A stretch of 56,312 nt of DNA, the filler included, from Basidioascus undulatus (Eukaryota), in the NCBI GenBank assembly GCA_000826855.1. It is 4 parts of 4 records of this genome, joined end to end, with 100 filler letters (N's around TTAATTAATTAA, not from the genome) between each part and the next. Parts side by side here need not be neighbours in the genome. Positions count along the whole stretch, not along the records: positions 14,109 to 28,112 come from JTLS01000763.1; positions 28,213 to 42,214 come from JTLS01000764.1; 2 more parts are not named here. The stretch is one strand, 5' to 3'. The translations under genes were made by a program, and so were the position numbers. This document shows, in pieces, positions 25,208 to 38,603 of the stretch. Below the pieces are notes generated by a model, which worked only from the letters and a program-made list of their open reading frames with translations, was not told the origin of the DNA and ran no database searches. The first letter of the stretch is position 1. The number at the start of each line of letters is the position of its first letter.

Positions 25208-26039
25208 CGTATCTATGTGTGGGTATGTATCTATATTTGGAGTGTTGGTTCGTGTGCAGTTGGGGAGAGTTCGTGGTGGACTGTGAGGTGAGAGAGGCAA
25301 CGAAAGGGAATCTTGCTTGACTTGCTTGCGTCGCGCCGCTGGCGATTTCGGCACATTCGATTGCCGGCGGCCGACGGGGCCCAATGCTTCACTGGGTTTT
25401 TTTTTGGACGCCGACTGTTTTTTTTTTTTACGTCGCTCTTCATCCACCAATCCGCAGCGTAGCCACCTGCACCCTCAAGTACATGCATTCGATCGAAAAT
25501 GCCAAATGTATATCGCCTGGCACCTTGCTTACCGTCGTAACGAGGTGTCGAGCCTCTCATTTATACCCCGTCCACAGCGCTCATGTGAAAAACTCTGGAA
25601 CACATAAAAGGTGGTGCACCGCTGCTGTATAAAGAGCGTGCCCCCAAGGTATCGCAACTTTCTGCGTTGTTGCACCGTTACACTTCTTTTTGTCCAAACA
25701 GCTCCCAGCTGGAACCTGAAACTATTTGTGCTCGAACGATTGCGAACACGTGTGGCCATGCACTTCATCTTCTTTGTTCCTAACGAACATCCGTCAAAAT
25801 ACCGGATGTCAAACCCCCCGTTGTCATGAACAATCCCTTGGTCGTCAAGATCTCCAAAGGAGCTGTGCTTCATACTTGTGAAAGGAGGAGCGGAACGACG
25901 GCCTCCATTGCGCCGTGCCTGTTTTCGGATAAATTGCCTTCTTCCATTTTCGAGCCTTCCCTGTTGATATTCTTTCCTTGTGCTGGAACCACATCCCGTT
26001 CCACAACTACCTCCTGTTCTCAGTCAAATCACTAATAAA

Positions 26040-27711
26040 ATGTCCTCCAACGCTGGCGGTGACTACCACCTCCTCTCCACCAAGTCCTCCCGCAGCCGGC
26101 CCTCCCCGCTCACTCTCCGGAACACGCCCACATCCACCTCCTTTCGCCTCGTCACCTCCCACACGCCCACCACATGCGGGCGAACGCCGGCCTCTTCCCA
26201 CATCCTCGTCTCCGCGCGGATCGTGCCGGGCCACTCGCCGGTGGGTCCCTGGGCAGGCCGGCCCGCCGAGGAGCGCCTGCGCCTGTGGGTCGTCCTAGGC
26301 AGCGCGACGGTCGTGCTCGTCGTCGTGCTCACCTTGCTTGCGAGCGGGGGGAGGAGGGACTTTTTGAGTGGTTTGGTGAGGGTGCCGGAGCGGGAGGGAG
26401 ATGCGTGGAGAGAGGTCGAGGGGAAGGATGGTGGATGAATGCTGGGAGTTTCAGAAGTCCGAGCACCGCGTGCGCTTGCGCTTTCTTCTGAAGAACCCCG
26501 TATTCGACGGAAATAAACGCCCAACAGCACGCCTCCTACTTCTCCGAGTACCCCTCGCACCCGAATGCCTCCCTCTCCAGCAAGCGGGGACACCTGCGCC
26601 CGCACGCTCACCTACTACCTCACGCCCGCGCTCGACCTCCCGTTGCACCTGCTCCGTGCCGCGCAGGCGTATGCGCACGCGGAGAAGAGCAACCGCACAT
26701 TATTCAGCGAGGACTCGGCTTGGGACAGGGGGAAGTGGAGCGAGTACTTTGAGCGCGGCGGCGCGGCGGGCTGGGGGAGGAAGAGGGCGAGGGGGGCAGG
26801 TGCGACCGGCCGCTGCTCGCTGAATAGAGGAGGTGCCCGCGCACGACGGACCATTGGGTGGGTTCGCGTTACTGTCCAGCAGAGAGATTTTCTGACAATG
26901 TCATTATTCCGGGTCATCTCCCCCGAGACAGCCCGCTTCCACCTCGGCGCAGAGGTGGGTCTTCTCCCACCCCGCTCCCACTGCGTTGCGCTTTCACCCA
27001 CTGACTCGCCTCCTTGCGCAGTTCGAGAACGCCTTCTCAGACCCCTTCGCGCACGACCTGCCTCGCCAAAAGCCCATCTTCCACTCCGCGCGCTCCGCAC
27101 TACACACGCTCCTGCGACCCTCCGCGTCCTTCCGCGCCCTCCTCTCCTCCGCGCACGCCTCCGACCTCTCCGCCTTCTCCGAGCAGCCCTGGCTAGGCGT
27201 GCACCTCGCGCGGAGGGACCAGCAACCCCTATCCTGGTGGTACCACGACCGCTACGTCCCGATCGGGCAGTACATTGCGGAGATCGAGCGCACCTGGCAG
27301 GGCGCAGGGGCGCAGCAGGTCTTCCTCGCTTCCGACGACCCTGCTGCATTGCTCGAGTTCCGGGCTAGCATGCCAGTCAACTGGACCGTACTCTCCCTCA
27401 CAGACCTGTCCCTGCTTTTCCCCTTCCCCCACAACCAGGCCGCCTTCGCTACGTTCCCTCTCGCGCAGCGCGTGCGGCGCACGCACGGCGAGCTACTTGA
27501 GATGGCCCTGCTGTTTGGAGGGGGATGGTGGGGCGAGCTAGGCGAGGGGGTGGGCGGCTTTGTGGGCACGCTCGGGAGCGCGGTGGGGAGGATGGCACCG
27601 CTTGGTCTGGGCCGGGAGACGGCGTTTGGGGAAGAGGGGGATGGAGAGGGGGGGCTGTGGAGGGACGTGGATGGGAGGGGGCAGATTGAGTGGAGGGCTT
27701 TTGCGCTTTGA
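26040..27711 (+). pseudogene. Disrupted type II membrane fucosyltransferase-like (GT23/FUT8-type motif) gene
   Basis: N-terminal TM (WVVLGSATVVLVVVLTLLA); motifs GVHLARRD, VFLASDD, FVGTLGSAVGR. Homologous-looking blocks need frame changes at ~26420, ~26565, ~26780 and cross a TAG at 26825-26827. Confidence 0.6.
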
Positions 27712-28112
27712 GGGTGAACTTAACATGAACGTTGCACTTCAATTTGAGGAAGGCAACTGGTGTTTGTGCGGTGATACCGCCGCGGCTCCGCAGCGTCTCA
27801 ACAGTTAGATAACAGCGATTTCAGCAGCTGTCCGCTCCGTTCTCATACGTTGATAGTGGCTCTAGCTCCGGCATGTCTTAGTCTAGAAGATAATCGACAC
27901 TGTATTGGCACCAGAAATTCGGAGAGAGGAATTCAATCGCCGGTAGACTCCGTTCAGTTCTAGATGCAACGCAATAATGCTTCATTGTCTCATTGTCCTT
28001 AGTCAAACGCAGTCCTCACGCCACTGACACTTAGTACACGGAAAATAAATAATACGCTCGTGGCCTAGTCCGCGAAGTCCATCCCGCCCCATACCACATC
28101 GCCCTCCTCATC

Positions 28113-28212
28113 NNNNNNNNNNNNNNNNNNNNNNNNNNNNNNNNNNNNNNNNNNNNTTAATTAATTAANNNNNNNNNNNNNNNNNNNNNNNNNNNNNNNN
28201 NNNNNNNNNNNN
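28113..28212. other. Artificial contig linker
   Basis: N44-TTAATTAATTAA-N44. Confidence 0.99.
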
Positions 28213-28347
28213 GCGGGTGGAGGCGATGGACAGGGAGCGGGAGGGGGAGAGGAGCGTGCTGCTCTGCGTGGAGCGCGAGGTGCTCGTCAATGATGATGCC
28301 GTGCCCGGGCGCTCGGCTTCCCCGTTCACGTCCTCGTCGGAGGAAGA

Positions 28348-28386
<39 letters not shown>

Positions 28387-28656
28387 CAAGCCCTCGTCGA
28401 CAACCGCAGCAGCGCGCGACCGCTTCGCAGTTGGCGCCGAAGACGCCTTTCCCTTCCCCTTTCCCCTTCCCTTCGCTCCCGCCTTCCTCCCTGCCCCCGG
28501 ACCACTACCATTCCTCCGATTCCTCGCCGGCGCCCGCGTCCGTGTCTGCGACGGCGCAGCAGCAGCAGCAGCCGGCGACGGCGTGGTCTCGCGGCTGCTC
28601 GCGCGGCTTGAGCTCGTGCTCGTGCTGCCCGTGCGGGGTCGAAGAGTCATAGCCAT
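28213..28656 (-). CDS. 5' part of unknown protein with basic patch and poly-Asp tract (probably nuclear)
   Basis: ATG 28656; MAMTLRPRTG...GRKAGAKGRGKGKGK...D12 tract; open to contig end. Confidence 0.5.
28351..28386 (+). repeat. (GTC)12 microsatellite encoding poly-Asp on minus strand
   Basis: Perfect trinucleotide run. Confidence 0.95.
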
Positions 28657-29612
28657 GTTTGATGAGCCGGTGAGTAAGATCCGGCGGGCCGGAGCGAGGA
28701 GGAGGCTAGGCGAGTCGGGAGTGTGAGGAGACCGGCGTGAAGTGGGAGGGAGATTGAGAGGTCTATAGCGGGATGGGCGAGAGTTCGGGGAAGATTTGAG
28801 AAGGGTACGTGGCTTTGGCTGGTGAATGTGAATGTGGAGATGGTGGGCACGAGGGCCAGGTTGAGTCGACGAGCGAGCCAGGTCTCCCGCTCTGCGTCCC
28901 TGCTCCCGCCTCGAGCTTGGCGAAGCCCCGGTCGCAAGCAGCAGCTCACGTCGCGTGGTGCGCAGGCCCTGAGACATTAAGCCAAAGCAGTCGCGGCGGA
29001 ATACAGCCGAATAATGATCGACAACCACCTACCCACATCCACCTCCGTCCTTCCCCCTACCTCCTCCCGCTCCTCGCTCCACAACTTTGCCCAAGCAGCC
29101 GCAGAACGGACATCGCTTTCGGCGCTCCCAGCGCGCCGGGTTGTGAGCGCGCATATATGCTTTGTAGCCGCGCACGATTCCGGCGCGGCGGTGGGCGGTG
29201 CGTCAAAGGCGGCGGAGGGGTCTCGATGGGTCGAGGCCTGAGGCGCGGCTGGTGAATGAGTTCAGGGTCCGTTCCGAAGGCGACCTAACCTGAGCTGTCA
29301 AACCCTCTCAATCGCGCTGGATGTATGTTTTCTTTCACTGTCTGAAGCGCAGGAAATTTGATTTTGATAACGCAGGAGCAAGAAGGCGAGAGAGAGGAAG
29401 AAGCCGGCTCGACGTCGCGATGAGCAGCCCGACGGTCGCCGCCTTCGGTTGCGCCTGGGATGGGACAGCGACAGTCGCTTTCGAGAGTCTTAGCCTGATA
29501 TACTGTCTTTTTGCAGATCACACGCACGCCCAAGCTTGGATGAACATTAACATTTATTGCAAAAAGCATCCCGCGATGTGCGCACAGTCTTCGAAAAAGC
29601 TCCACGCCTCGC

Positions 29613-31780
29613 TCACTCGGCTCCCGGCCTCGCCTTCCTGCCAGTATCGGTGCCCCTCTTCTTCTTCATCCCGAGCCTGACCACGCCATCCGGCCCCCCG
29701 CTCCCCTCCATCTCGAACACCATATTCTTCTTCTTGACGTCGATCACGTCGGTCATCGGCACGGGTGCAACGACCGATTGACCCGTGTACTTGCCGGACG
29801 CCAGGCCAGCGTGGAGGAGCTCGACGGCTGCGTTGACGTACGTCTTACATGTGTTCGGGTAGGTGGGATTGTAGTCGCCGAAGATGGGTTTGCGCGTAGC
29901 GAGAGTGCGGCGCGGGGTGTCGGACAGGTCGAGGATCTGCGAGACTTTTGCCGAGCCATGATACAGGAGACTGCGAATGTGGAGAATAATTTTGCTGGAC
30001 CTATTCACACCCGCAGCGTATTTTCAACTTAACCAATGAGCAGTTATAGACGCAGTCGGCCTGCCGAATTCAGGTGTGAGAAGCCGCACTCAAACGATTA
30101 CCATCGGAAGACGCACCCACCTTCTCAGGCTCGTCATTGGGCAGCAGCGGAGCCGCGATTCCGTACTCTGTGGCAGCACGCGTACTCTCCTCCGGGTCCA
30201 TGTAGTAAGCGCGCAGCTCCTCGTCTACCGTCGAGTGGCAACAGCGCACATTGCGGCGAGCATGCCGAGCGCTCTGTGCGCCTCGGCGTGAGGATATGTC
30301 TGTGAGAGAGATATCAGAACATTTAGTAAACGAGCTACGCAGCAGCGGTGGAACGTATCAGCCGTACTGCAAAAGCGCAGTAGCCGACCACATCAGCTTT
30401 CAGGCGCGGCGTGTCGTACTTCGCGTCCTGAGCGTGTCGTGTGGTGATCAGCAGTACGCTCAACCAGTAATAGCGCATGTTAGCGAACCTCAATCATTGC
30501 GTTTGCGAGAGTCTCGAGCTCAACTTCGATGTCGGCGCTGCTCATCTCCTTGAGGCGGACGCATAGGCAGTCTTGTAAAGCGAGAAAGTAAGTCCATAGG
30601 CCCGTGCGATGCTTCCATGCGACACCACTTACGAACTAGCCTGGAACCGGGGTTGACATGAGCGCAAGAACAACTCAGGCAAGGAATAATCAAGCGCGGC
30701 GCACCTATGGCGCACAGCACGCAAGAAGCTCTCCTCCAGCTTCGTACCTCGCATGTCATACGGGACGTCCTTCCATTCCTGCTACGCGAGCTCGGTGAGA
30801 GCAGCCGCGCGCCGGTACTCCTGCACCGCTTCGCCCGTGAGGCCCATGAGGCCTTCGCTGACAAGCTGCAGATTTCCCCCGATCCTACGGAGCTTCTCAA
30901 GCGGATTCGGGATGACCCTGGAGTCGAGATAGAACCACCGAGGGTCCTGAAGGAAAACAGCTCCAGCCGCACACAAAGAGCATGAAGGAAGAGAAGAAGC
31001 GCACGGTCAAGAATGCATCGCACAAGTCAGAGATCGTACCAGCCCGCCCGTAATAGCGGCCATCTGGCCATTGCTTGGCCTTGACCACGTACTGTTGCGT
31101 TCCTGCGAGTCAACGATCCACTTTACGGGACTCTCTCCTTCGCAGACGGTCCACAGACGTAGCTCCAATGCCTGCTGACTGGTCCACCAAGCGCCGAACA
31201 ACCTGCCCGCGGCGCTGTCTTTCGGCGGCCCACGCCCAGCGTTCACAAGTGGGATGATGCGCTCCGACGTCTAGCATGACGAGCGGGGCGCTTTACCCTT
31301 CTTGACGGATCCCTCCAACACTTCGACAGGCCTCCAGTCCCTCCCTAGCCGCCCCAAGCCGCGTCCAGCACACCATTCCGGGTCCAGCTAACCTCCCATA
31401 ACCAACCACTTCAGCGAGTCCGCACATCCCGCTCGCTCATCAACAACACGTGAACGAACCTCCGTAGCCTTCTCCGCATCCCGCCTGACCTGCTCCCACC
31501 GCTCGAGCTTGAGCGCCGCAGCAGCGTGGTTCGCGTAGAGGACCGGGCTGTTCGGGGCGAGCCCGATGGCCTCTGACCAGCGCGTGAAGGCGAGCGAGGG
31601 GCGGTCAGATGTGAAGAAGGTCTGGAGGGTTTCGGGGCCGTCTTCTCGAGCGTGACGCTGCTATCGTCCGGCCTGGGTGAGCTGAGTGAGCATCGAGAAG
31701 ACGAACGTTTCCTTCGGGTTCAGCCGTTCAGTCTCCTCCGGCAGAGGCGTCTTGTCGGTCGGTCCGCTGTCTTTGGCCAT
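29613..31780 (-). pseudogene. Degenerate TPR-repeat protein gene
   Basis: TPR-like WSEAIGLAPNSPVLYANHAAAALKLERWEQVRRDAEKATE-LDPEW. Apparent frameshifts at ~31720, ~31372, ~30240 and in-frame TAG at 30784-30782 (TELA*QEWKDVPYDMRG). Confidence 0.65.
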
Positions 31781-32225
31781 GAGCGCTCAGATGGTGGTGA
31801 TGGCAGAGCGCATGACGGGGAGGTGCGGAACAGCAAGCAAGGGGTCGCATCGATCCTGGCTGGCTAGTTGTCCCATTTGCCACGCGACCTCCTCGCACAG
31901 CGATGAGTACCTCACAGCACGTCTAGGTGATCGTCACTCGCAACGTGCAGACACCGCCGCAAGGTGTCCGACACCCCTAAGTCACTGACTAAGCAAATGC
32001 AAGCAACGTCGCTGGAACACATCATACGAGCAGATATCCACACCGTGAGGACGTAGGATCATCATCTATGGACCGCGGGTTCCCAGCGAGCGACGATGGT
32101 GATGAGTAGGAAAGGTTACAGGTATGGGCGCTGGGCGCTTGTGACATAAACGCCGGAGGAAGATGAACTGTTACACGCGAGACCGGAGGGGAAGACTGAT
32201 GCAGAGGACAATTAAGAAAGACAGC

Positions 32226-33419
32226 TCAGAAGTAGCTGTGAGGTTCGGGACGGCCGTCAGAACAGGGCGCACCTCCACGAGGAAAGAAATAGACGTACTC
32301 CGCGGACATGTCGATCTCGACCTTCTGGCCGGGCTCGAAAGCAGGCAGACCTGATACCAGAACGTTGAGCCTTATTGTCCTCCCCCCCCCCAAAAAAAAT
32401 AGAATAGTACTCACCCATGTAAGGGCAGCTCGCGCACCGGAACGCGTCGCCGAGATAGCAGCTTCCGCAGCTGCTCGTCTCGCCTTTCTTCTTCGCCTCC
32501 TCCACGGTCTTGAACCGCTTGACGCCCTCCGGCAGGTCGTCCGCCCCGTCGATCGTGACCACCTCCGCCTGCTTCTGAAGCTCCTCCTTCAGGCCGCACG
32601 AGCAGTCTGCGCACGCGCGCCGCTTCTTGGTTGTCGGGCACCGGAGCGGCGCGGCGGGCGCGGCGAGGTCGGACGCGGTCAGGAGCGAGGTCGGGTCAAT
32701 CGTGGGCGTGGACGCGCCGGAGGTGGTCGTGGAAGTGGACACGGCCCAGATGGAGCTCGCCGCAGAGGAGGGCTTGGCGCGCCTGGACTTGAGGGAGAAG
32801 GTCTGAGAGGGGGTGTAGGAAGGCTTAGAGGCGGAGAGCTGAGGGGTGGTGGGATATTGGTCAGTGCGCGAAAGTCGAAGAGATGGAAAGGGTGTACGCA
32901 CAGAGCCCTTCGGTGCAGACTCGGAGACAGTGAACCCAGCGAGCTTCAGCTCTCGCCGAAGGTCGGTCTCGGCAGCGTCGTCGACGCCTGACAGGTTCAG
33001 GAGACCGTCGGGCTTGAGGGAGGCGAGGAGGGTAGGGAGGAGCGTGGCGAGAGAGGGAGCGAGCGCAGTGTAGTCGGAGGAAGAGAGAGCGGCGTGGATA
33101 GCGGAATAGTGGGTAGCAGGAAGAGAGGTGGCTGCGGTTCCCGGACGAGAGATCAGTCGTCTGCCCGTATCCCACGCTCACGCGAGGTTCCCCAACAAAG
33201 ATTGGACTTACCGCCGTCGACAATACGGTCATACATCTGCTTCTCCACCTCCCGACCCTCGCTCAAGCGCTCCACCAGGCCCTGGTACTCCCCGTTCTGC
33301 GCGGTTGAGGGGGACCCAATCGCAAGCACCGCGCCCTGTGGCGACGGCACGGCGACGAAGCCCTTGGTGGGTGCGGAGGAGACGCTCTCCGAAGGCAGCG
33401 CGACAGCTGTGGGCGACAT
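32226..33419 (-). CDS. DRE2: Fe-S cluster assembly protein Dre2/anamorsin
   Basis: C....[12 protein letters not shown] and [31 protein letters not shown], with an N-terminal methyltransferase-like region (LKPDG). Confidence 0.95.
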
Positions 33420-34306
33420 TGGTGGTGCTGGCGGCGGGGAAATATATATAAAAAAAAGGTTATTGTGGGCGGTACTGAGTGTAGCGGGTGATGGTGCAAG
33501 CTGATGGTGGGAGACTCGGGGAAAGGTGTGGAGGTTGAAGCTCAGCAATCACTCTCGCTCGCGGCTGACAGAAATTCGGTGTCGTGCGAGCGAATCGCAA
33601 TCGCCGACAAGGCTTGTAATCAGATTACGATCAGAGGTGGGCTTGAGGTCGTTTTCTTGGACATTTTCATTGGTTTATCATCATGGCCAGGGGTGGACAG
33701 ACCTCTTCAGGCCTTTTGACCCCTGTTCGCACGATTTCACAGCTTGTGGAAGGGAGCCGGGGAATACGCGCTCGCTTGTGCTCGCCGTGGCCATGGATCA
33801 ATCAGTGGGCGTGCATACGGACGTTGAACTTCCGACCTCTTCGCGCCTTTCCAAGGAATCGTTCCGCTATGACGGATGCTACATCAGACCATGTTGCTAA
33901 TCTGAGCACGACATAAACGGTGTTACCCAAGTGTTAACTAGTCTACCTGTCTACCAGCGTAAGTTCTTTCAGTTCGTAGCTGGACACCTGCTTTTGCTTC
34001 CCGCCTGACGTGGCGAAAGCCAGGCAGTCACCGCCAACGTGCGCATAGATCTGATATGATACACGGACTCTTGGCTGAGGGATATTTGAGACAACCGAGG
34101 TCGTGAAAAAGGAACAGACGGTTAGGCATTGCAACGCGTGTATGCTCGCAGCTGGAGGTGAAGTACATACACAGACAAGACAGATTAGGCGAGTACACGA
34201 TAAGGAAAGGCTCGGAGACATAAGACATAACTATGGAAACTAGGTCAAGGTGACCAGATAAGGGATGAAAGTGAAAGCTCCCCTGTTACGAGAAGTGCGG
34301 GAAACT

Positions 34307-36182
34307 TCAAACGATGTCCGCGGGAGCCCTAGGCTTCTCTCCCCCACCCGTCGTACCAGGGTCGACCGGCGGCTTGGCTGGGGCGCCCCCTCCGGCAGGG
34401 GCGGGGGCGTTCGGGTCGACGGCGGTTGAGGTGGAAAGACGCGGGTCATGTGCGGCGGGGTGGCCCCCGTGGCCGTACCAACCAGAGTAGTCGTTGTAGT
34501 GCAAGCCGTGTGTGCGGTAGCGGTCGTTGTCTACGAATTGCGCTCGAAGAGGTCCACCGGGGGACATGCGGGGGTCCTGATATCTCCCGGTTAGTGGATG
34601 AAGGTGACAAGGGAGAGAAGACGGAGGTAACAGCCCACCGTTGCATCTTGACCCGGGCTGACACGCCAGTACCTGCAGGAGCAGACAAGTCAGACTGGTT
34701 GCACTCCTTAGTTATAAAGATGTGGTCAACATACCTCAGCCACTTGGAGAGGTAGTAGAGACCCGCTCCTAGCGCAGAGCCCGCAAAAGGTCTGCATTTC
34801 GGAGAGACAAGTTTAGCTTCGCAGTCGACGAGCATGGGACTGACCTACCCGACCCAATAGATCCAGTGCCGATTGTCGAATCCGGTGATGACTGTAGATT
34901 TCAGGAGAACCGTTTAGTTTCGGCCCGAGCGACATGTTGGGTGACACTCACCAGCCGGCCCAAAGGAACGCGCGGTGTTCAGAGATGCACCTGCAGGGCA
35001 AAGTCAGTCACCGTCCGGATCCGGGGAGAATGTACAACTTACCCGTGAAGGGGACCAGGACCAAACACGACACGAAGATCATGAGGCCGATTCCGACCTG
35101 TTCAAATCTTGTGAGCGAAGCCAACACTGCCGCTGTCGAGAGGAAGACGTACCGGTGCCCACGGTGTGGTCCTGTGCTTCTCAGCGGCGATCATGAGAAG
35201 GGCAAGCGTGACCGCAGCGGTATAAAAGATCTGATACGCAAGTCAACAGGGGAACAGCCGTGAAAACAGCGATGGTTCTCACTTCGAGCCAGACTGCCTG
35301 CGCACGGTTTGCGCCTGCGCCGGGCGTCGTCGACACTGCGAGTGGGCCGGGGGTGATGCCGGCGACGATCGCGGCAGCGACGATGCTGGCAACAATCTGA
35401 TACCAGACATGGGCTACCATACAACAGATAGAGATGAATGCGGCTTACTTGCGCAATGAAGTAAAGCACGAAACGCAGGAAACTGATGCAGCCGGTGACC
35501 CAGAGTGCGAAGGAGATCTACACAGGCTGATAAATGAGAGTGCTCCTCGTGCCTACCGACTCGGTATGACGTACATTCGGGCTGAAGACACTGTCTCCGT
35601 TTTTTGAAATGATCAGCTCGCTATCCCCATCATCCACAAGAAACTCGCGTACCTGCCAGTCCAGCGGTAGAACGTCCATCCCGCAGCGATGTATGAGAGC
35701 CCCCATGCGGCGGCGATCAGCCAAACCTGGTCGTTGTTGGGGTTTATCACGCGGTTGCTGCCCCCGTAGGACTCTACTTGGGCGAGGCCGGTCGGTCCAC
35801 TCGCCGCGGCGGCTTGGATGACGCCGTATCCTGCAGAAGTCGAGCCTGTCAGCCTCGAACGGTACGGGGCGCAATCAATGCTCTGACCTAGCATCAAGAA
35901 TGCGGTAGTTCTGATTTCCGAAAGTGTAAGCTACGGCTCATTGGCTTCCTTGGGACTACACAAACTGCCCGCATACCCGATGAACTCCCCAGCCACTGCA
36001 CAATGTCTCACCGTCAGCAACGAAGTTCGATTGCCCAGCGGCACCGGCCCCCCCTGCAAGATCGACTCACTCGCTCTGAAGTCCCTCCTGATATTCCCCG
36101 CAAACGAGGCGTTGCGTCTGTCAGCGTCTGCCCGCGCTGGGGCATCGGTCTCCCTGCGGCCTCTTTGTCCAAAAAGCGGCAT
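34307..36182 (-). CDS. Aquaporin (MIP family) with SPN / NTA pore motifs
   Basis: AGEFIGTTAFLMLGYG, GSVFSPNISFAL, YFIAQIVASI, AEKHRTTPWAP, GASLNTARSFGPA, HWIYWVGPFAGS. Confidence 0.92.
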
Positions 36183-37649
36183 GATGGGCACTCGTGCGGC
36201 AATTGCGTGTAGTCGACGAGGCGAATTCGAATGTGACGGGGACGAGAGAGCAAAAGCTGAACGGGTTTTTGTAGGGCGTGAGGCAGGACCTGCTCTTCAA
36301 GCTCTTTTCGTAGGGAAATCCCTCTGGCGCTCTGGAACACGCGGAGACGAAGCGGAGCGATGAGGCGGAAGCAGACCTATTCGGGTGTAAGAGCGAGTAC
36401 GGTCATCGTCACCATTTGCGCACTGGGTGAGCTGGCCCTTCGGATGCAGGTCTACTGCCAGCGAAAGGCTGGGTGTCCAGGGCTTGACTGGAAAAATTGA
36501 CCTGCGGCGAGCATGGTCCTTGTTCCACTGCGAACTGCGAACGAGACAGCCTCATACTGCCAACGGCTGCGAATCGTCGTCACTTTCGACAATTATGGTT
36601 CGAGAATGAGCTGGTCTGCGTTGGTATGTAATGAATGAAAGCTTTTCAGATGCCAAAGAGAACAGCAGCGCGAGGTTCTCAGTCGTCAGCGAGCTCACTT
36701 ACTCTGTCTACACGATGAGAAAGTGCACCTTCGCCTTTCTTACGGGGGTGATAAAGTGCCCTCCTGGAAAATGTAGTTCAGAGTTTGCTTGCTGGCCTAC
36801 TGGTGTGCGATCTATCGTTGTCTTCCTAGACTACTAGGCCACATCCTCGAGGATATCTACATCCGCCTTCAGTGTGACATCTCCTTGCGAGACCTCTTTG
36901 CTCCACACATTCTCGACGCCAGTAGTCCTCTCCCTCGGCGTAGCTTCGCACGCGACGCGCACAGTAGTGCGCCAGGCATCCATCCGGCACTCCCGCAGGT
37001 GTGGGTACGGATAATTGCTGGAAGACACGCCTGCGACTCCGAGCGCGCGTACGTGTACCTTTTTATCTAGTACTCCGTGAATGCCGACGCCAAGTACGAC
37101 AACCTTCCTATTGCATACTGGTGGGCTGATCGTGTCGGCACATGCCAAGACGTTGCCGTAACGAGAAACTGATCTTTTTTGCTCAATCTTTCTTGCTCCG
37201 TTTGTTTTTCGTTTATACATACTCAGCGTTAAGGGCTCGGACGATTTGGAAAAACTCACCTGTGAAAACAGCGTTGCATGTCGGAGCCGGAAAGTGGACA
37301 TGGAAGACGCTTCGAGGCGCCGGCCATCGCTAGTGACGCTGCGTCCTGCTGTGCAGCGAGTGAACCGCCCCAAGGTCGGCATGACAGTTCAGAAACGATG
37401 ATCCAGATAAAGTAAACAGATCGTAAAATGTTTGTGCGCTCAAGTCGTAGAAAACGCTAGCCGGGAACTCTTCCAAGCCAACGACAGGGTCGAAGTTAAG
37501 TGAGCGGAAACAGGATGCGACATTGTGCCTTTGCAAGTCTGTCTGTGCAAACCATTCATCTGGAGTGTGTCACGTAAATGGGCAGCGTAGGAAAGGTGTG
37601 TTTCCCTTGAGTATTTCCCTTGAGTAACAATGTATGCGTGCAATCCGCA

Positions 37650-38603
37650 CTACTTCCTCCGCTGCTTCTTATATTCCGGACCGTCCCCAGGCGGCGCCAG
37701 CATCTCCCTCAACTTCGGCACCTGCGCCTTCATTTCCTCGGTCCAGTACTCTTCGTCCTCATCCCCTATGCGGACAGCATTCCAGCTTACCGCATTAGCG
37801 CATTCCCGACTTCCCAGACTCACCGAGCACCAAATTTCCGCACCCGTTCCGCCAGCTCCAAAGTGCTGCTCACTGCGTCCTTCACCCATCCGCCATTTCC
37901 GTCATTTACAAGCGCCAAAAGCGCGGCGTCCCGCCAGACGAGGAGGACGAGGTCGCGGATGGCGGCGCCTTCCCACGTCGTCGCGACGGTCCGGTCGGCC
38001 CAGCGAAGCTGGACGGGACCGTACATGCAGTCCTGCTCATTTAGGGAAAAAAATCAGGTCACGTCGTCAACTTAACCATATCCATGTGAGAGAGCGGGAT
38101 TCTGACGTACAAGTCTGTTTCGGATCCCGCATGATACTCCCTAGCGGCCATCAAGCAGCGATGGACGTCCTGCATCTGCACGCGCTCGTCGACGCCGATC
38201 CTCCACAGCTTCGCGACCCACTCGACCAGCGCTTGTCCGATGCCCTCCGCCTGGTGGTCCTGCAGTGGAAATCACTCAGGCATTGCACTGTGAGTCACAG
38301 GGGCAGATCCCTACTCTCAAAGCTCACTCACCAAGATCGACCTACCCTTATGTCCCAGCTCTTCCACTCCTCGTTATACGCGCTCACATCGTCCCTAAAA
38401 CCGCGTTTCTAGCCCATCAAGTCGTAGTTCTGCTTAGCCGCCGCATCCTTGGCGCCGGAGGCCTGCTCGCGCTGGAAGTCCGCGAGATCCTCTTGAGGTA
38501 CGCGAGGTCGTCGTCCGGCACGGCGAAGAGGAGGAACCGCCGCGTGAACTTGAGCTGCTGGGCGGGTAGGAGGGACGAGAAGGAAGATGCTGGATCGGGA
38601 CAT
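37650..38603 (-). pseudogene. Probable pseudogene of an uncharacterised fungal protein
   Basis: Coding-like exons with GT-AG introns (LVEWVAKLWRIGVDE, IRDLVLLVWRDAALLA), an apparent frame switch near 38490 and a TAG at 38411-38409. Confidence 0.45.

Noticed and set aside
26825..38411. TAG reassignment or A-to-I repair of premature stops (all three internal stops are TAG)
   Set aside because: The same genes also carry frameshifts, and intact genes (beta-COP, ENA, FRS2) end in TAG; simple decay explains it.
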